A stretch of 63,969 bases of DNA, filler included, from Licmophora abbreviata (lineage: Eukaryota): NCBI GenBank assembly GCA_900291995.1. It is 10 parts of 10 records of this genome, joined end to end, with 100 filler letters (N's around TTAATTAATTAA, not from the genome) between each part and the next. Parts side by side here need not be neighbours in the genome. Positions count along the whole stretch, not along the records: positions 1 to 9,899 come from OLMU01001187.1; positions 10,000 to 18,630 come from OLMU01001189.1; 8 more parts are not named here. One strand, given 5' to 3'. Below are positions 1 through 12,235 of the stretch, piece by piece (the first letter of the stretch is position 1; every line of letters starts with the position of its first letter). The notes beneath the pieces were generated by a model. It was not told the DNA's origin, searched no databases, and saw only the letters and a list, made by a program, of their open reading frames with translations. The position numbers were made by a program, and so were the translations under genes.

Positions 1-488
1 CGATGATGATGTTGCCATCCCACACCCGGTTGTTTGATACGTTCCGGTACACGCAAGCTGTGTGGTACGAGAAGTCTCTTGACTACGTCAGGACCGAGCT
101 GTGAGGACGACTCGTGACTTTCGTGTTGTTGTTGTTGTTGTTGTTCACTAGCACTATCATCCTTGTCATCATCCTCGGAAGACGTATCGTGGGCGCTGTC
201 TGTTTCTGGAATCTTGAGGGCTCGAAGTTGGGATGATGATGATGGTACTAGTCGTCCGAGTGAGTGTGACACTGGAGTACCACTACCATCACCCAAGATG
301 GACGAGGAGGCAGCATGCCGCCTAGTCCTCGGTGGAAGAGGGGAAAAGGAAAAACTAGTAGCGTAGAAAGAAAAAGAACACACGAGGATATGAGAGGAAT
401 GGTGTTTGCGATCATGGCGTGCTATGATCGTACAGTGCAGGGCTGCTGGGTCGCACTCGGACGAATGAATGAAACAAGGACTTGTCTT
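1..488 (-). CDS. Hypothetical protein fragment running off the left edge of the window
   Basis: Stop-free minus-strand frame from ~488 to base 1 (…RRHAASSSILGDGSGTPVSHSLGRLVPSSSSQLRALKIPETDSAHDTSSEDDDKDDSASEQQQQQHESH…). No in-frame ATG, so an upstream exon would be needed. Confidence 0.35.
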
Positions 489-1358
489 TCACATCCAAGG
501 TTCCAAGTATGCAGAGAGACTGTCACTGTACAACACAGTCCCTCTTTCTTGGCCATGCTGCAGCAGGCACAAGCTCAGAGTGCAGTATACTACTTGTACT
601 TGAGTAGATTCATTCTCGTATTTTGTACGTCTTTGGTGCCTCTTTTAATTTCTCACCTTGGTGTCACGATCGACGACAAACACAAACACAGGAAGAAACC
701 CAAAGAAGTAGCCATCCTTGCTACGACTACGCATCCATATATTCTGTGATACGACTGCATGGCTGTGAGGGTGACTGTGCAATGAGAGAGTCCAGGACGG
801 TGCTAGACAGCACACACGAGTAAGTTGGTGTGAGTGACTGTGTGATTGTGTTGACACGGTCAGCGGTCGACGTTTTGGCAGGTTGAATTTGGTTGAATTT
901 TGCCGAATCTTGCACCTTTCTCATCCGTTTCGTCTTTCTTCACCATCTGGAGCTCGCAGTAGTGAAGTCTACGTGAATTCAAGTACGTACCACATGGTAG
1001 AATCTTCACGTTGACTTGAAGTCCACGTTTCAAACATGATACGAGTGAGTCAGTCAGTCAGATTGTCAGTCAGTAAAGGCGGCAGAGCGGTGCTGGTGTC
1101 CGATTTTAAACATCTTTTATTTCAGCAGCAGTCTGTCTGCGTGGTTGAAGTTGAAGTCCAAACTCTCAAATCCAGTAATGGCGGGAAAACTGCAAAAGAT
1201 CGCGCCGACATCCAAGTGGAAGGAAGGAAGGAAGAACAACGAGAGTGCCCGTTCCATCAACAATCACTACTTGAGGGTTCATTGTCGTTCCTCAGCGCTC
1301 TCTCAGTATCATCATTATTCAACGACTTCCATTGAACAGCAGATAAACAGGCTTGCAC

Positions 1359-3243
1359 ATGATGAATGGGATACTGATACTCCTCGTCCTCGTACCGAAG
1401 GCCGTCTCGTCGTTTTCTCCTACTGTTTTCACTAAAACTGCAGGATTCAGTCGAAGTACTACTCTTGATTCATCGTCCAGCTCATCCAGCTCATCCAGAT
1501 CGCATCTCTCTGCTTCTACAACTACCGACGTGGACTGCTTGGTCGTCGGAAGTGGCATTTCCGGTTCTTGTCTTGCCTTTCACCTCCACAAGAATCAAAA
1601 TGTCGACAGTCTTCTCTTGATGGAACGCAATCCCGTCGTGGGCGGCAATGTCATTTCCAAAGCATCGGACGACGACTTTGTCTGGGAGGAAGGTCCCAAT
1701 AGCTTTCAGCCGACGCCCGCGATTTGTCAAACGATCCACGAGCTGGGTTTGGACGACGAATTGGTATTGGCGGATGGCAGTTTGCCGCGCTTTGTCTACT
1801 ACGAGGGCAACGGGGCGGGGTCGAAATTGGCCAATCTTCATGCGCTCCCGACCAATCTTCCGGGAGACTTGTTGGATTTTAACCTACTCACGTGGCCTGG
1901 GAAGATTCGGGCGGGACTGGGGGCTATTGGTCTTATTGCTCCACCGCCATTAGACAAAGAAGAGTCGGTGCGAGAGTTTGTCACGAGGCATTTGGGAAAA
2001 GAGACCTTTGAACGTATCATTGATCCCTTTGTGAGTGGAGTGTATGCGGGAGATCCGGACGAACTTGCCATGCGAGCGGCCTTGAAAAAAATTCATCGGT
2101 TGGAGGGTCTTGGGCCCTTTGGACCGGGATTGGTCAGCGGGGCCGTGGCTCGCTTTGAAGAAATTGCGCAAGAGAAAAAGGACAATCCTCCCGATCCGGC
2201 ATGGCCAACCTACAAGGCGGGGGAGTTGGGGAGTTTCCAAAAGGGACTTCAGACGCTTCCTAATAAAGTGGCACAGGTCTTGGGAAAAGAGCGAGTCAAG
2301 ACGTCAAGGACGCTAGAGAAGGTGGAAAGGATGGACGATGGACGATTCAAGGCGACGTTCGTTGCAACGGATGGCAAAGATGAAAAGGAAATCGTTATTG
2401 CCAAGGCCGTCAGTCTGACGAGTCCTACGCGTGTGACGGCCAAGATTGCGGCAGACTTGATTCCAGCTGCTTCCAGGTGAGTATGTGCGCACTACGTACT
2501 TTTGTAGAACGGGGGTGCCGCAATCTCAACGTTACTACCTGCTGCCGTTTCTCGTCCCCAGACTGTCGGAAGTGTACTCTCCTCCTGTCGCGTCCGTCAC
2601 CATGGCGTACAAGAAGGAGTGGTTCAGGGACTTGCCGGGTGGTACTACTGACAAGCCACTTCGGGGCTTTGGTCACTTACTACCACGATCTATGGGAATT
2701 CGATCGCTTGGTACCATTTGGAGCTCCTCCCTCTTTCCCAACCGAGCACCCGAAGGGTGGGAGTTGCTCTTGACGTACATTGGCGGCGCTCGGGATCGGG
2801 GTATTGCGGAAATGAGCGAGGACGAGATTTACAAGCAAGTCGATGCGGACAATCATCAGATCTTGTTGAAGCCGGATGCTCCTGAAGGAAAGAGGTTGGC
2901 GTGTCGTGTGTGGCAAACGGCCATTCCGCAGTACCGGAGGGGGCATTTGAATATTCTGGAGGCATTGGAGGCGGACGAGAAGAAGTGTCCTGGATTCTTT
3001 TTAGGTGGTAACTATCGAACTGGGGTGGCGTTTGGAGATTGTGTAGGTTTTGGAGTCACTGAAGCGGAAAGGATTGCCCAGTACTTGGAAGCTGGCAGTA
3101 GCAGTGTGGAGAAGGTACAGAAAAAGGTCACTGTCTCTTCCATGGAAGCTGCCCAAGAACCGATTTTTTTCTTTGCAGACGAGGCGGAGCCGGTCGAAGC
3201 AAAGGAGACGGCCAAAGCAGAGAAGCCAACTGCAGTAGCGTAA
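1359..3243 (+). CDS. PPOX: Protoporphyrinogen oxidase (HemY-type), plastid-targeted; 2 exons, intron 2477-2561
   Basis: FAD-binding GSGISG, VGGNV, WEEGPNSFQ, SGVYAGDP, GFGHL and GNYRTGVAFGDCV motifs. AG|GTGAGT…CCCCAG splice joins the two ORFs in frame (AASR-LSEVYSPP). Signal peptide followed by VSS-FSP and a Ser-rich transit peptide. Confidence 0.95.
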
Positions 3244-3296
3244 TCAGTAATCAAACACTGCCCACCGCTGGCGGTGTCTCAGTGTGAGTCTAGGCA

Positions 3297-3315
3297 TTCT
3301 CTCTCTCTCTCTCTC
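3297..3315. repeat. (CT)n microsatellite in the PPOX 3' region
   Basis: ttctctctctctctctctc seen directly. Confidence 0.8.
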
Positions 3316-3739
3316 CTTTGCCTACCAGCAACTCTAAGCATCTAGACACTCATCAAGGAAGACCTCTCTATGATAGCTTTCATATGTATACGTACAGTAT
3401 CGCGACGGGTGGGTGCACAGACCGTTCTCTTCGTGTGGTCTCCGATGGAGCTCATCAGGTATGATACGATACTCGTACCTCGTATGATAAAGGTACGATT
3501 GATACCGATGTGTTCGAAGAGTGTCAGGCAACATAGCGGTACTAGTAATAACGACCGGCAATGGCAACCACCATCGAAGTTGGAGGGACACTGTCGGATG
3601 AAAGATTGAGTGAGATTATCGTGGTCTACTACGAATGTTGTACCAGAAAGACATTGAAACACTTCCTTGGAGTGTCTTTTAAGGAACAGAACTCCCTGCC
3701 CCCGCATAGAACCCAGAAACGGCACTTCTTGCAACATTC

Positions 3740-5614
3740 ATGTCTGCCGCGGCGATACCTCGCAAGAAGACAAGCAGCGCCACGTCTTCTGCGAAAAGCA
3801 GCAGCAGTGCCCCCCGCACTTCTCCTCCACCGACGTGCGATGTATGTATGAAAAAGGATGGATGGCGCCAAAACTGCCTCCAAAGGTGCCGAACCTGCAG
3901 CCTACATGTCCACGACGCGTGCTACGGAATGACTCCCAATCAACACAAGCTGCCGAACTTTCAGTGCTGGGCCTGTCAAGCCGTAGGCAAGTCGATAGAA
4001 GGACGTCACATGATGACGGTCAATCGCAAGGGACAAAGGTTAAGGGGATTTCGCGAAGAGATCCTACAGTCCACTCGTCCTACGGAATGTGCCTTGTGCA
4101 GTGTCGTGAGTACTGCTCGTGACAAGAGTCGGGCGATGCATCCCCTCTATGATGCACCCTTGAAAAAAGGACGGCACTTGATTCTTCCTCCCACCAAATT
4201 GCGGCCCCAGCCGCGACTGGCGTGGGTCCACACGATATGTGCGTTCGGTGTGGCGGGTCATAGGGGAACTCCGGGGTGCGTGTATGCTTGCGATGAAGAC
4301 GGAGAGTACGACGATGAGCATGGAAACGACGACGAGGATTCGAACGAAAGCTCGCCAGAAGACAAAATGACGGCAACTCACCATTTCGTCATGTGTGGAC
4401 TGGATGCCGTCAATGATGATGCCGATCGAGACGACGGTGCCTGGGCGAGCGCACTCAAGCAACATCGTGACGAACTCAAGTGTTATCTATGTGGCAACAC
4501 CGACAATGCGGCTGGCGTACTGCGAGTACCATTACAGTGTTGTGCTGGCGATCAGGAGGAGTTTGAAGACTTTAAGAAGTATCATGCGTCTCTGGATGGG
4601 TCTTGTTGTCAGGCGATGCATGTGGGGTGCGCTCACTATGGAATGGGTGGGAAAGTACCGCCGTTCCGTCAGGTATGGTTCTATCCCGGAACGGCAAAAG
4701 CGGACGACGGAGCTGACTATCAGGATCCAGTTGGGCAGCTCTTTTGCACTGCTCATGCGAAGGATATGTTTCCAGATGGAGTGCGGCCAGGCAATACGAC
4801 GAAAACAGCATTGTCACGAAGAACCTTGTTGGACCACGGGAGCCCGGGGCTATTGCGACGAGAGGCCGACTCTGGTGCGCTCGATCCTCCGCCTGTCCAT
4901 CGGACTGCTTCCATACAGGCGCAAATACCCAGAAAGAAAATTGCGCTGTCTAGAAGCAAGAAGACGCCACGACCACGCAAAAAGGCGCCTGAACACGCTG
5001 TGGCTGTCCCAAGAAAGAGACCACCGTCGAGCAAGCCTTTGGTTGCACGGGCAGGGCCTGCCCTCAAGCGACGCACCAGTGCGTCCAAGTCGACCCGGGC
5101 TTCCACAGGGGCGACCAACAACGAAAGCCATCGAGAAAAGCGCCAACAAATCGATCGCACTGACTCGCAGGATAGCCTCCTCGGAGAAGAGGACGCAAGG
5201 AAAAACCTGGATGCCGATTATCTTGAAACAATTATTGAGGATATAATTGCCACAGTTCAGACGACATTGGACAGGAAAACCGATGACCTTGTTGAGCGCG
5301 TCAAAGCTCGTCGGAAACACTGGAAACGCCAGAAACCTCTGAGTAAGGTTGCGTTTAAGGAATATTGGAAATTCATGGAGGTCAGAGTTAAAGCGCGATT
5401 TCCAGACGTTTTCGGGTCGGTCGAGAGTGAACCACAAGAGGCACAAGGGGTCTTGAGCGCTGACGACCCAGAGGAAACTATGGAAGAGTCGATGGAGAAT
5501 CCTTGGGCTCATCTCTGGATTGAAAATGCTGAGCCGTACGACTTTGGTGAGTGGGATACATATGAGGAGGTGCGGCTGTGTGCCGTGCCACCTCGAGGCG
5601 CTTCCGGCAGGTAA
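3740..5614 (+). CDS. PHD / extended-PHD (PZP-like) zinc-finger chromatin protein
   Basis: CDVC…CRTCSLHVHDACYG…FQCWAC (PHD), then CALC…AMHP…WVHTICA…CYLC…QCC…AMHVGCA…LFCTAH (ePHD), followed by a basic low-complexity region. Confidence 0.8.
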   Translation: MSAAAIPRKKTSSATSSAKSSSSAPRTSPPPTCDVCMKKDGWRQNCLQRCRTCSLHVHDACYGMTPNQHKLPNFQCWACQAVGKSIEGRHMMTVNRKGQRLRGFREEILQSTRPTECALCSVVSTARDKSRAMHPLYDAPLKKGRHLILPPTKLRPQPRLAWVHTICAFGVAGHRGTPGCVYACDEDGEYDDEHGNDDEDSNESSPEDKMTATHHFVMCGLDAVNDDADRDDGAWASALKQHRDELKCYLCGNTDNAAGVLRVPLQCCAGDQEEFEDFKKYHASLDGSCCQAMHVGCAHYGMGGKVPPFRQVWFYPGTAKADDGADYQDPVGQLFCTAHAKDMFPDGVRPGNTTKTALSRRTLLDHGSPGLLRREADSGALDPPPVHRTASIQAQIPRKKIALSRSKKTPRPRKKAPEHAVAVPRKRPPSSKPLVARAGPALKRRTSASKSTRASTGATNNESHREKRQQIDRTDSQDSLLGEEDARKNLDADYLETIIEDIIATVQTTLDRKTDDLVERVKARRKHWKRQKPLSKVAFKEYWKFMEVRVKARFPDVFGSVESEPQEAQGVLSADDPEETMEESMENPWAHLWIENAEPYDFGEWDTYEEVRLCAVPPRGASGR

Positions 5615-5875
5615 GACGAACGAGGTTTCGTTGCCACATGTACCAGGGTACTACTATTGCTTGAGTAGAGTAAGTCGCGACCTGCAACCGTTGGAAGTCA
5701 ATTCACTTACTAGCTCATGGTAGCGCGTAACATGCAACTTTTGTTCATACTACTACCGTTAGTAGGCACATTTACGTCTATTGACTGTACACTGCCATTC
5801 GTCGCCACATTCATGCATCGCTAGGACTTTGAAGGGGGCGTTGTTACAGTCGCTGCTGTTTGTTTTTTTCTTCAT

Positions 5876-7941
5876 TTACTCCTGTTTCACTCCTTGTGTG
5901 GCTGGCTGCTTGCGATTGTGTTGCATGTGCGCTTGTACTAGCGTGTTGGCGGCTAGAGCGGCCAACAGACTCAATTCCCCCGCCATGGTGGCCGACGCCA
6001 CGACCTTGGCCAACTTCTGGGAATTCTGACCTGGCACACTTCCTCCTCCCTTGACACCGATCGCTTCCAAACATGCACCTTGGGCTTCCAGCGAAGTGCC
6101 GCCACCGACAGTGCCGACTTCGATACTGGGCATGGTCACGGAAATCCACAAGTCGCCCTGCGGCGTTTCTTCCAAGAGCGTGATACAGTTGGAGGATTCG
6201 ACATTCTGAGCAGGATCTTGACCTGTTGCCAAGAATATGGCAGTCACAATGTTGCTCGCATGGGCGTTGAATCCGCCGACCGTACCGGCCATGGCCGATC
6301 CGACAAGGTTCTTGTGCAGATTTGTTTCCACCATGGCCTTGACAGTCGTTTTGAGAGTCAACCTCACTACATCCTTCGGAATGACAGCTTCCGCGACAAC
6401 GCTCTTGCCACGTCCTTCAATCCAGTTGGTCGCCGCCGCCTTCTTGTCCGTACACATGTTGCCACTGAGTGCCACTAGCGTCAAGGATGGAAATTGGTGT
6501 TGCAAGAGGGTAATCACCGCCAAACTACCCTTGCTGACCATATTCATACCCATTGCATCTCCACTAAAGCACACGAGTCGTAAATACACATTCTTGCCGG
6601 CAACTGTCGGATTGCATGACTTGAGTTTTCCAAACGATGTGGTACTTTCAAAGGCCGTCTTTAGTTTCGAAAAGTTTTCTCCTTCTTCACACCACAGTTT
6701 GAGCATGGCCGCCTCTTTCGCACTGGCCATGCGGACACACGGAGCGCGCGTAATGCCATCCCGCAATAATACAGCCGTGGCACCACCCCCTTGCGTTATG
6801 GCCTTGGCGCCGCGATTGGTACTGGCAACCAAACACCCTTCCGTAGTGGCCATGGGTACGTAGAGCGATTCGTTGTTGACGGTGAGAGGTCCGACCATGC
6901 CCACTGGCAGTGGGACGTAGCCCACGACGATTTCGCAGTTGGCGCCGTGCACGCGCGAGTAGTCGAGCGAGGGCATGCTGGGGAGTTTGGCAAGGGCGTT
7001 GGGCTTGTTGAGAGTGGATAGTTTGAGATCCATGGCACAGCGCCTCACGTCGACGGCACGGAAGGGATCCAATTTCTTTTCGAGTTCATGGTCTTTGAGC
7101 TGGTTCGATACAACGAGATTGGCAACTTCTTCATTGGAGAGTTCTTGGAGCTGCTGTTTGGTAATGATAAGGCGTTTGGGAGTGCTGCTGGTAGCGGAGG
7201 AGACAGGGTCGGAACAGACGGGAGCGGAGGCGGCCGGGGGGTGGAGGGGCTGTTGCTTGGCTGTACTGCTGCGTGCACTAGAAGTAGAAGCGGCATTGAC
7301 GGGTCTGTGCTCCGAGAAGAGAGAGGGCGAGGGGAACCAATGATAAGCGAGTGGTTTCGTCGTGTTCATGATGACATTCGGAAGTCACGACTTGACTGCG
7401 AAACGATCCAATACTTCTTGGGAAACGTCATTCACGACCACTCTCCCAGTACCGGTACGGCTTCTTACCTCTCTTGCTGTTGTCGTTGTTGCTGCTGTGC
7501 CAGTGCCAGTTCTTCCGTCTGCACAAAGGAAATCCCAAAGAATCCAAAGAAGTAGCACAAAAAGAGAGACCATCCGACGAGGTAGACGAGCAAAGACCGT
7601 CCATCGTAGGCACTCATGTGCAAGCAAACATGCGCTACCGACGTGCCAAAACTGAGCAAGGCAGCATAGTTGAGCCATTTGAGAATGTGCCATCGCGGCT
7701 GGGGCCCAGAGAGATGTTTCTGAGTACTAGCAGTAGCTGTAGCTTTCTTTTGGGGGCCGGTAGCGGTGGCCTGGTCTTCGACGACGTCGTGGTTGCTCCC
7801 CAGCAAGAGGAAGGAGACTACCACCGTAAAAAGCACGATGAGTCCGTAGAGCTGCGTGGAAGACAGACTGTCCAGCTCCGCAATGTACGAATCCAGTTTC
7901 ATGCCAATCGTAGGCTGCTGCATCAGAACGGGGTCTTGCAT
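5876..7941 (-). CDS. HMGR: HMG-CoA reductase (class I, membrane anchored); 2 exons, intron 7305-7468
   Basis: Catalytic motifs NCEIVVG, PMATTEGCLVAS, GDAMGMNM, GTVGGGT and the C-terminal His. The upstream ORF encodes TM helices, and AG|GTAAG…GCACAG|A joins it in frame. Confidence 0.95.
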
Positions 7942-8442
7942 GATGCTTGATTGGCCAAAGTATGGAATACTGGCGCCCCTACCGTCCAATTCAGAGAGAG
8001 AATGCCTGCTGTAGACGATGAGAAGGCACTGTTCCTTTGTTTCGAAAACTGAAAACTCACTTTGTTTTGTGTGTGACTTGATTGGTGAGTGCGTGTGGCG
8101 CGCGGGCGACGTGGTTCACAAATGCGTACACTTGCTACTGCAGTCTACGAAACGCCAGAGAGAGTTTGTTGTCAACGGAATATACTTGTATACGAGTCAG
8201 TTTGCATATATATCAATACATTTGTTGATACACAACGGAGCAATGACAATTACGATGTCGCAAAAAGTCACTCAAAACGTACGAGTGTCTGTCAGAGGAC
8301 CGCTGACCTTGTACAATATCTTTCACAGAGAGTGTACGTATGGCATGCAATCGTCGCCCACTAACATGTTGTTAACACAGTGTGGCTAATATGGTAAATA
8401 AGACATGTTAGCACTCTTGGAGCATATTATAGAAAGATGAGA

Positions 8443-9300
8443 CTACACTGTTCTTCCTCGAACTCGCTGCAATTGAGGGAAGAAGTACCTAGCTTGTGCT
8501 TCTTGGCCAAGCACAGCAGTTTCAGCACCCAAATCCTTGCTGGCCAGCTTCTTTTCCATCATGGCTTGCATGGTGTCTGACAACTTCGACTGGACCATTC
8601 CAGGGAGTTTGTCTTCTTCCAAACGACGGTGAACTTCCACAGGCAAGAAACGCGAAATCAGCCATTCCAGAAATGCAATTACCTTGTCTTTCCATGACTT
8701 CGTGTTGCCAGTAGTCTTTTCGTCGCTTTGCATAGGCGGCACTGCACTTGTCGTAACAAACGAACTCTCCTTCTCTTCCTTATGCATCTGATTTTGTTCT
8801 TCGATCCATTCGTCCAATACTTCATCTGGAACACTGTCATCATCGTCGTCCTTTTCTTCTGTGTCGTCGTTTCTACTACTACCCATGGATTGAAGCAACA
8901 TGTTGAGGTTCACGTGCTGCACTTGGATCTGCATGACAAAGAACCCCTCTTCCACAAACACCGTCTGTGCCGCTAGTTGCATGCCTGCTTCGTGACTCAT
9001 CTTGTACATGAGCATCTTGGGAAGCTTCTCCGACATTTTGGCAGCAATCACGGCTGGCGGAACTTTGGACGCCGCAGACTTGGCGACGCGGTCCGCGACT
9101 TTTTTCTTGAATTTGGGAGGGCCTGGAAGTCTCGCTTGCTTTTCTTGAATCTTGTCGTGTACCATCTTGAAGACGGCGCCGGAAGCATCGGTGATTGTCA
9201 CATTAATGTACGTTAGCGCCTTGTTGGGATCCTCCTCGTGGAGAAGACATTCGTAAACTCCTCTCTCCTTTTTCTTTTGTTGCCCTCGACTTGGCAGCAT
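8443..9300 (-). CDS. Hypothetical protein (285 aa) with acidic central insert
   Basis: Long ATG-initiated ORF with coding-like composition. No family recognised. Confidence 0.7.
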   Translation of the reverse strand: MLPSRGQQKKKERGVYECLLHEEDPNKALTYINVTITDASGAVFKMVHDKIQEKQARLPGPPKFKKKVADRVAKSAASKVPPAVIAAKMSEKLPKMLMYKMSHEAGMQLAAQTVFVEEGFFVMQIQVQHVNLNMLLQSMGSSRNDDTEEKDDDDDSVPDEVLDEWIEEQNQMHKEEKESSFVTTSAVPPMQSDEKTTGNTKSWKDKVIAFLEWLISRFLPVEVHRRLEEDKLPGMVQSKLSDTMQAMMEKKLASKDLGAETAVLGQEAQARYFFPQLQRVRGRTV

Positions 9301-9899
9301 CTGTCTGCAGCTTTGTTTCAGGTGCTTCTCTATGAACTAGCTACTGATCGTCCATCGTCCATCTAGCGATGCAGAAAGGTGCTTTGTGTGTTCAAGAAAG
9401 ATTCGATTGGATTCATCGGGGCGATGGCGATCTAAATTCTCAATTCTGAACTGACTCACTCGACTCAAACACAATCCTGACGGCGTCTACAATGTGACCA
9501 TGGCAGACTACGGTACCATGGTCCTCAATGCGTTTAGCAGGGATGCTTTATACCTATAGATCGTAGGTTTTAAGCGTCAGTGCACCCATAATGAAATCAG
9601 CGGTCTGGAGAAAAGGGCACTGGACCGATGAATGGAGACATTGTCTAGTACCCTGACTCACGCTGGTAACATCTGTCTGCCGCGATGCACGCAGCACGAT
9701 CGACCCTCGTCCTCCTCATCATCGTAACGATGCGTGACACTATGTCAGTATGGGTCTCCAGAACGGCGTTCTATCTACCTAGCTTTTGATTGCTCGGTAC
9801 TTTAGGCCACCTTTTCTGAAATTTTCGCGGCTGTTACAGTCCACCAGTAGAGTCTACCGGCCTGCGAAATTTTCATGCGTCGTATGGAGTCTACGCGAG

Positions 9900-9999
9900 N
9901 NNNNNNNNNNNNNNNNNNNNNNNNNNNNNNNNNNNNNNNNNNNTTAATTAATTAANNNNNNNNNNNNNNNNNNNNNNNNNNNNNNNNNNNNNNNNNNNN
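9900..9999. other. Artificial contig linker N44-TTAATTAATTAA-N44
   Basis: Six-frame-stop 12-mer inside N runs, identical at nine positions. Confidence 0.98.
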
Positions 10000-11155
10000 A
10001 TGAGAATCGACAAGATTCTGTCATCGAATTGGTTTAGCACCTCCATGGAAAACAATATCAGTCGCGCTGTCAAATCGCAACGGGATGAGTTGCTCAATAA
10101 AAGCGAGTTGACGAAGGTGGAGAAGGGTGGGACCGGACTTTGGATAAAGGCCTCATTCTTCAATAACTCGTGCTCTCCCAACTGTGAGTTTCTCATCATC
10201 GGCGACTTTATCTTTGTGATCTCGATAAAGTCCATCCGTGAGAACGACGAGGTTACGATCAGCTACTGTGGGGAACGAGGTTTTGAGGAGAGGAGCAAAA
10301 TCTTTGCTGCATGGAACCAAGGCGATGGATTTACCTGTCAGTGCGATGTTTGTCGATACCTACGGAAGGAGCCAATAGCTCGCTACGTGGACTACAAAAT
10401 CAACGGTGCCTATGATCAAGCGGCTGCGTTGTGCTCCATGGGCCTTTCGATGAGTGTTGCCGCTGAAATCGCACTCGCTGAAGCTGACGTGAATGAGATC
10501 ATTGTCGATGAGGGCAGTGTCCCGCCCGAAGGGCAAGGTAAGATCTATTGCAGACGGGTCCTATTGGATAGTATTCTCGAGAGAGAGTGGCGACTCACTG
10601 AAAGCTTCGCTTTATCCGCATGTAGTTGCCTACCAAAGACTGCTCGAACTCCGTTCCTTCGCCGCGGTAGGCAGTGTTGACGATGGTCTTGGTCTTCTAC
10701 AAGCAGCTCATCTTCTGGATAAGACTCTGGAGGTGATCGAACGAGTTCAGGGTTACAGTCCGTCTTCTTTGCAGCGCCTTATGGTCCGCTTCCGGATGGC
10801 AACGTTGGCCGTGCCTCTCGGACGGACTCAAGTGATAGAAACTGCACTCGCGCAGGCCTATGCAATCGTGTGCTTGCCACCTTTCGGTCTCTTTGAAGAT
10901 TCGGATTTTGAAACGCTAGCAGAGCGGTACATTGCTGACGATGTGTTTCCATATGTCAGACCCATCGTCAAAAGGGTGATCAAGATGCACGAAACGGCCA
11001 AGAAACAGCCCTCGAGGAAGAAAAGTGGGAAACAGACACCCCAAGCTGCGGAGATGCCCTCAAGTGAGAAGGAAAGAGAGAAGACAGCCCAACCAGTACG
11101 ACATACCAACCGCAAGAAGAAATCCAACAAGAAAAAGAAGGGGAAACGCAAGTGA
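10000..11155 (+). CDS. SET-domain (SMYD-like) protein, 5'-truncated; probable intron 10538-10670
   Basis: GLWIKASFFNNSCSPN…IRENDEVTISY…FTCQCDVC (SET + post-SET). G|GTAAG…GGTAG|GC joins the ORFs in frame. Basic C-terminal tail. Confidence 0.8.
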
Positions 11156-11213
11156 TCCACCGTACCAAAGGACGCCCCCATTCGTAGTCATCTTTAAGTC
11201 GTAAGTCATAGTT

Positions 11214-11694
11214 CTATTCTTCTAGTTGGATCGACTGCCCAAATCTCCCATACAGTACTTTCTTCAATAGGCCCTGCTCTTGCACCAGTTGCGCTTCCTC
11301 CTCGTCGAGCTTGTCAATTGCCCCTTGGCATTTCTCGACCTGGGCCTCGCAGTGCTCGGTCGCATCGTCCTCGGAAGTTTCAAAGAATGCCTCTCCAAGC
11401 ATAAGCATCACCTTTTCCCCTGATCCCATCATGAGTTCTGTGGAAGCATCGTCGAGTCTCTCCAAGTCTTTCTGGAAAAGGAGATGAAGGTACAAGGGCT
11501 CGTGTGAGCGTCGTTTCAAATGAGGGAATTCGGAATTTCAAACGCAATGGTCGATATCTCGTCGTCATTACCTTCAATGAGGTCCGTTCCGCTCGAAGTT
11601 CGTTGAGCCTTGCATTCAGTCTAGCAAATTTGTTGATACTGTCTTGATCTTCTCGTCGCACTTCGTTCTCATTCTCTTCTTCTCGTTGGAGCAT
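11214..11694 (-). CDS. PFDN4: Prefoldin subunit 4; 2 exons, intron 11472-11571
   Basis: EVRREDQDSINKFARLN…|KDLERLDDASTEL…LGEAFF…LKKVLYGRFGQSIQLEE. Canonical GT-AG phase-0 intron. Confidence 0.92.
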
Positions 11695-12235
11695 GGCTCC
11701 GCCCGAAGCGACTGGCGAGATACCACTCATCCTGCGTTTGGCGCTCTCTATGGCTGGCCAAGAAAAGAGCGTGTTTGGGAGCTCGTAGATGCACGTAGCT
11801 TTGTACTGACTTGTACGTGCAGGTCGATGTACCTTGTACCATCAGTACGAAGTACATAGCATGCAGAATATTTAGTCGAGCTAGTCAAGCACCGTGTTTT
11901 CTTTCAACGTAGGTCTACGGATTCCTACGTAGCCGTAGTACAAGTTGAGAGACTTGCACCGCCAGAGACACACCCGCCGTCATTCATCGACGCGAAGCAT
12001 CGCTGCACTTGGGTCCGCCATTGTGACGATTCAGAGCCGTCTCCCTCACTTTCAAGCCTCAGACGTGGTAACTGAGGTAGTGAAGAGTGTACAAGAGAAA
12101 GGATAGAGTCAACAGGGACCTGTGTCGTTTCCAGTGAACACAGCATTCGAGTCGCTTGTTGAACACCGATCTCGAGAAGTCCAGCTGAGTCAAAGGAGTC
12201 GTCTGGGGTCCGCGAGAAGTTGTTTTCATCACATC

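Noticed and set aside
9944..9955. Regularly recurring TTAATTAATTAA as a CRISPR-like repeat or transposon target site
   Set aside because: It is always centred in fixed-length N runs, so it is a synthetic six-frame-stop linker.
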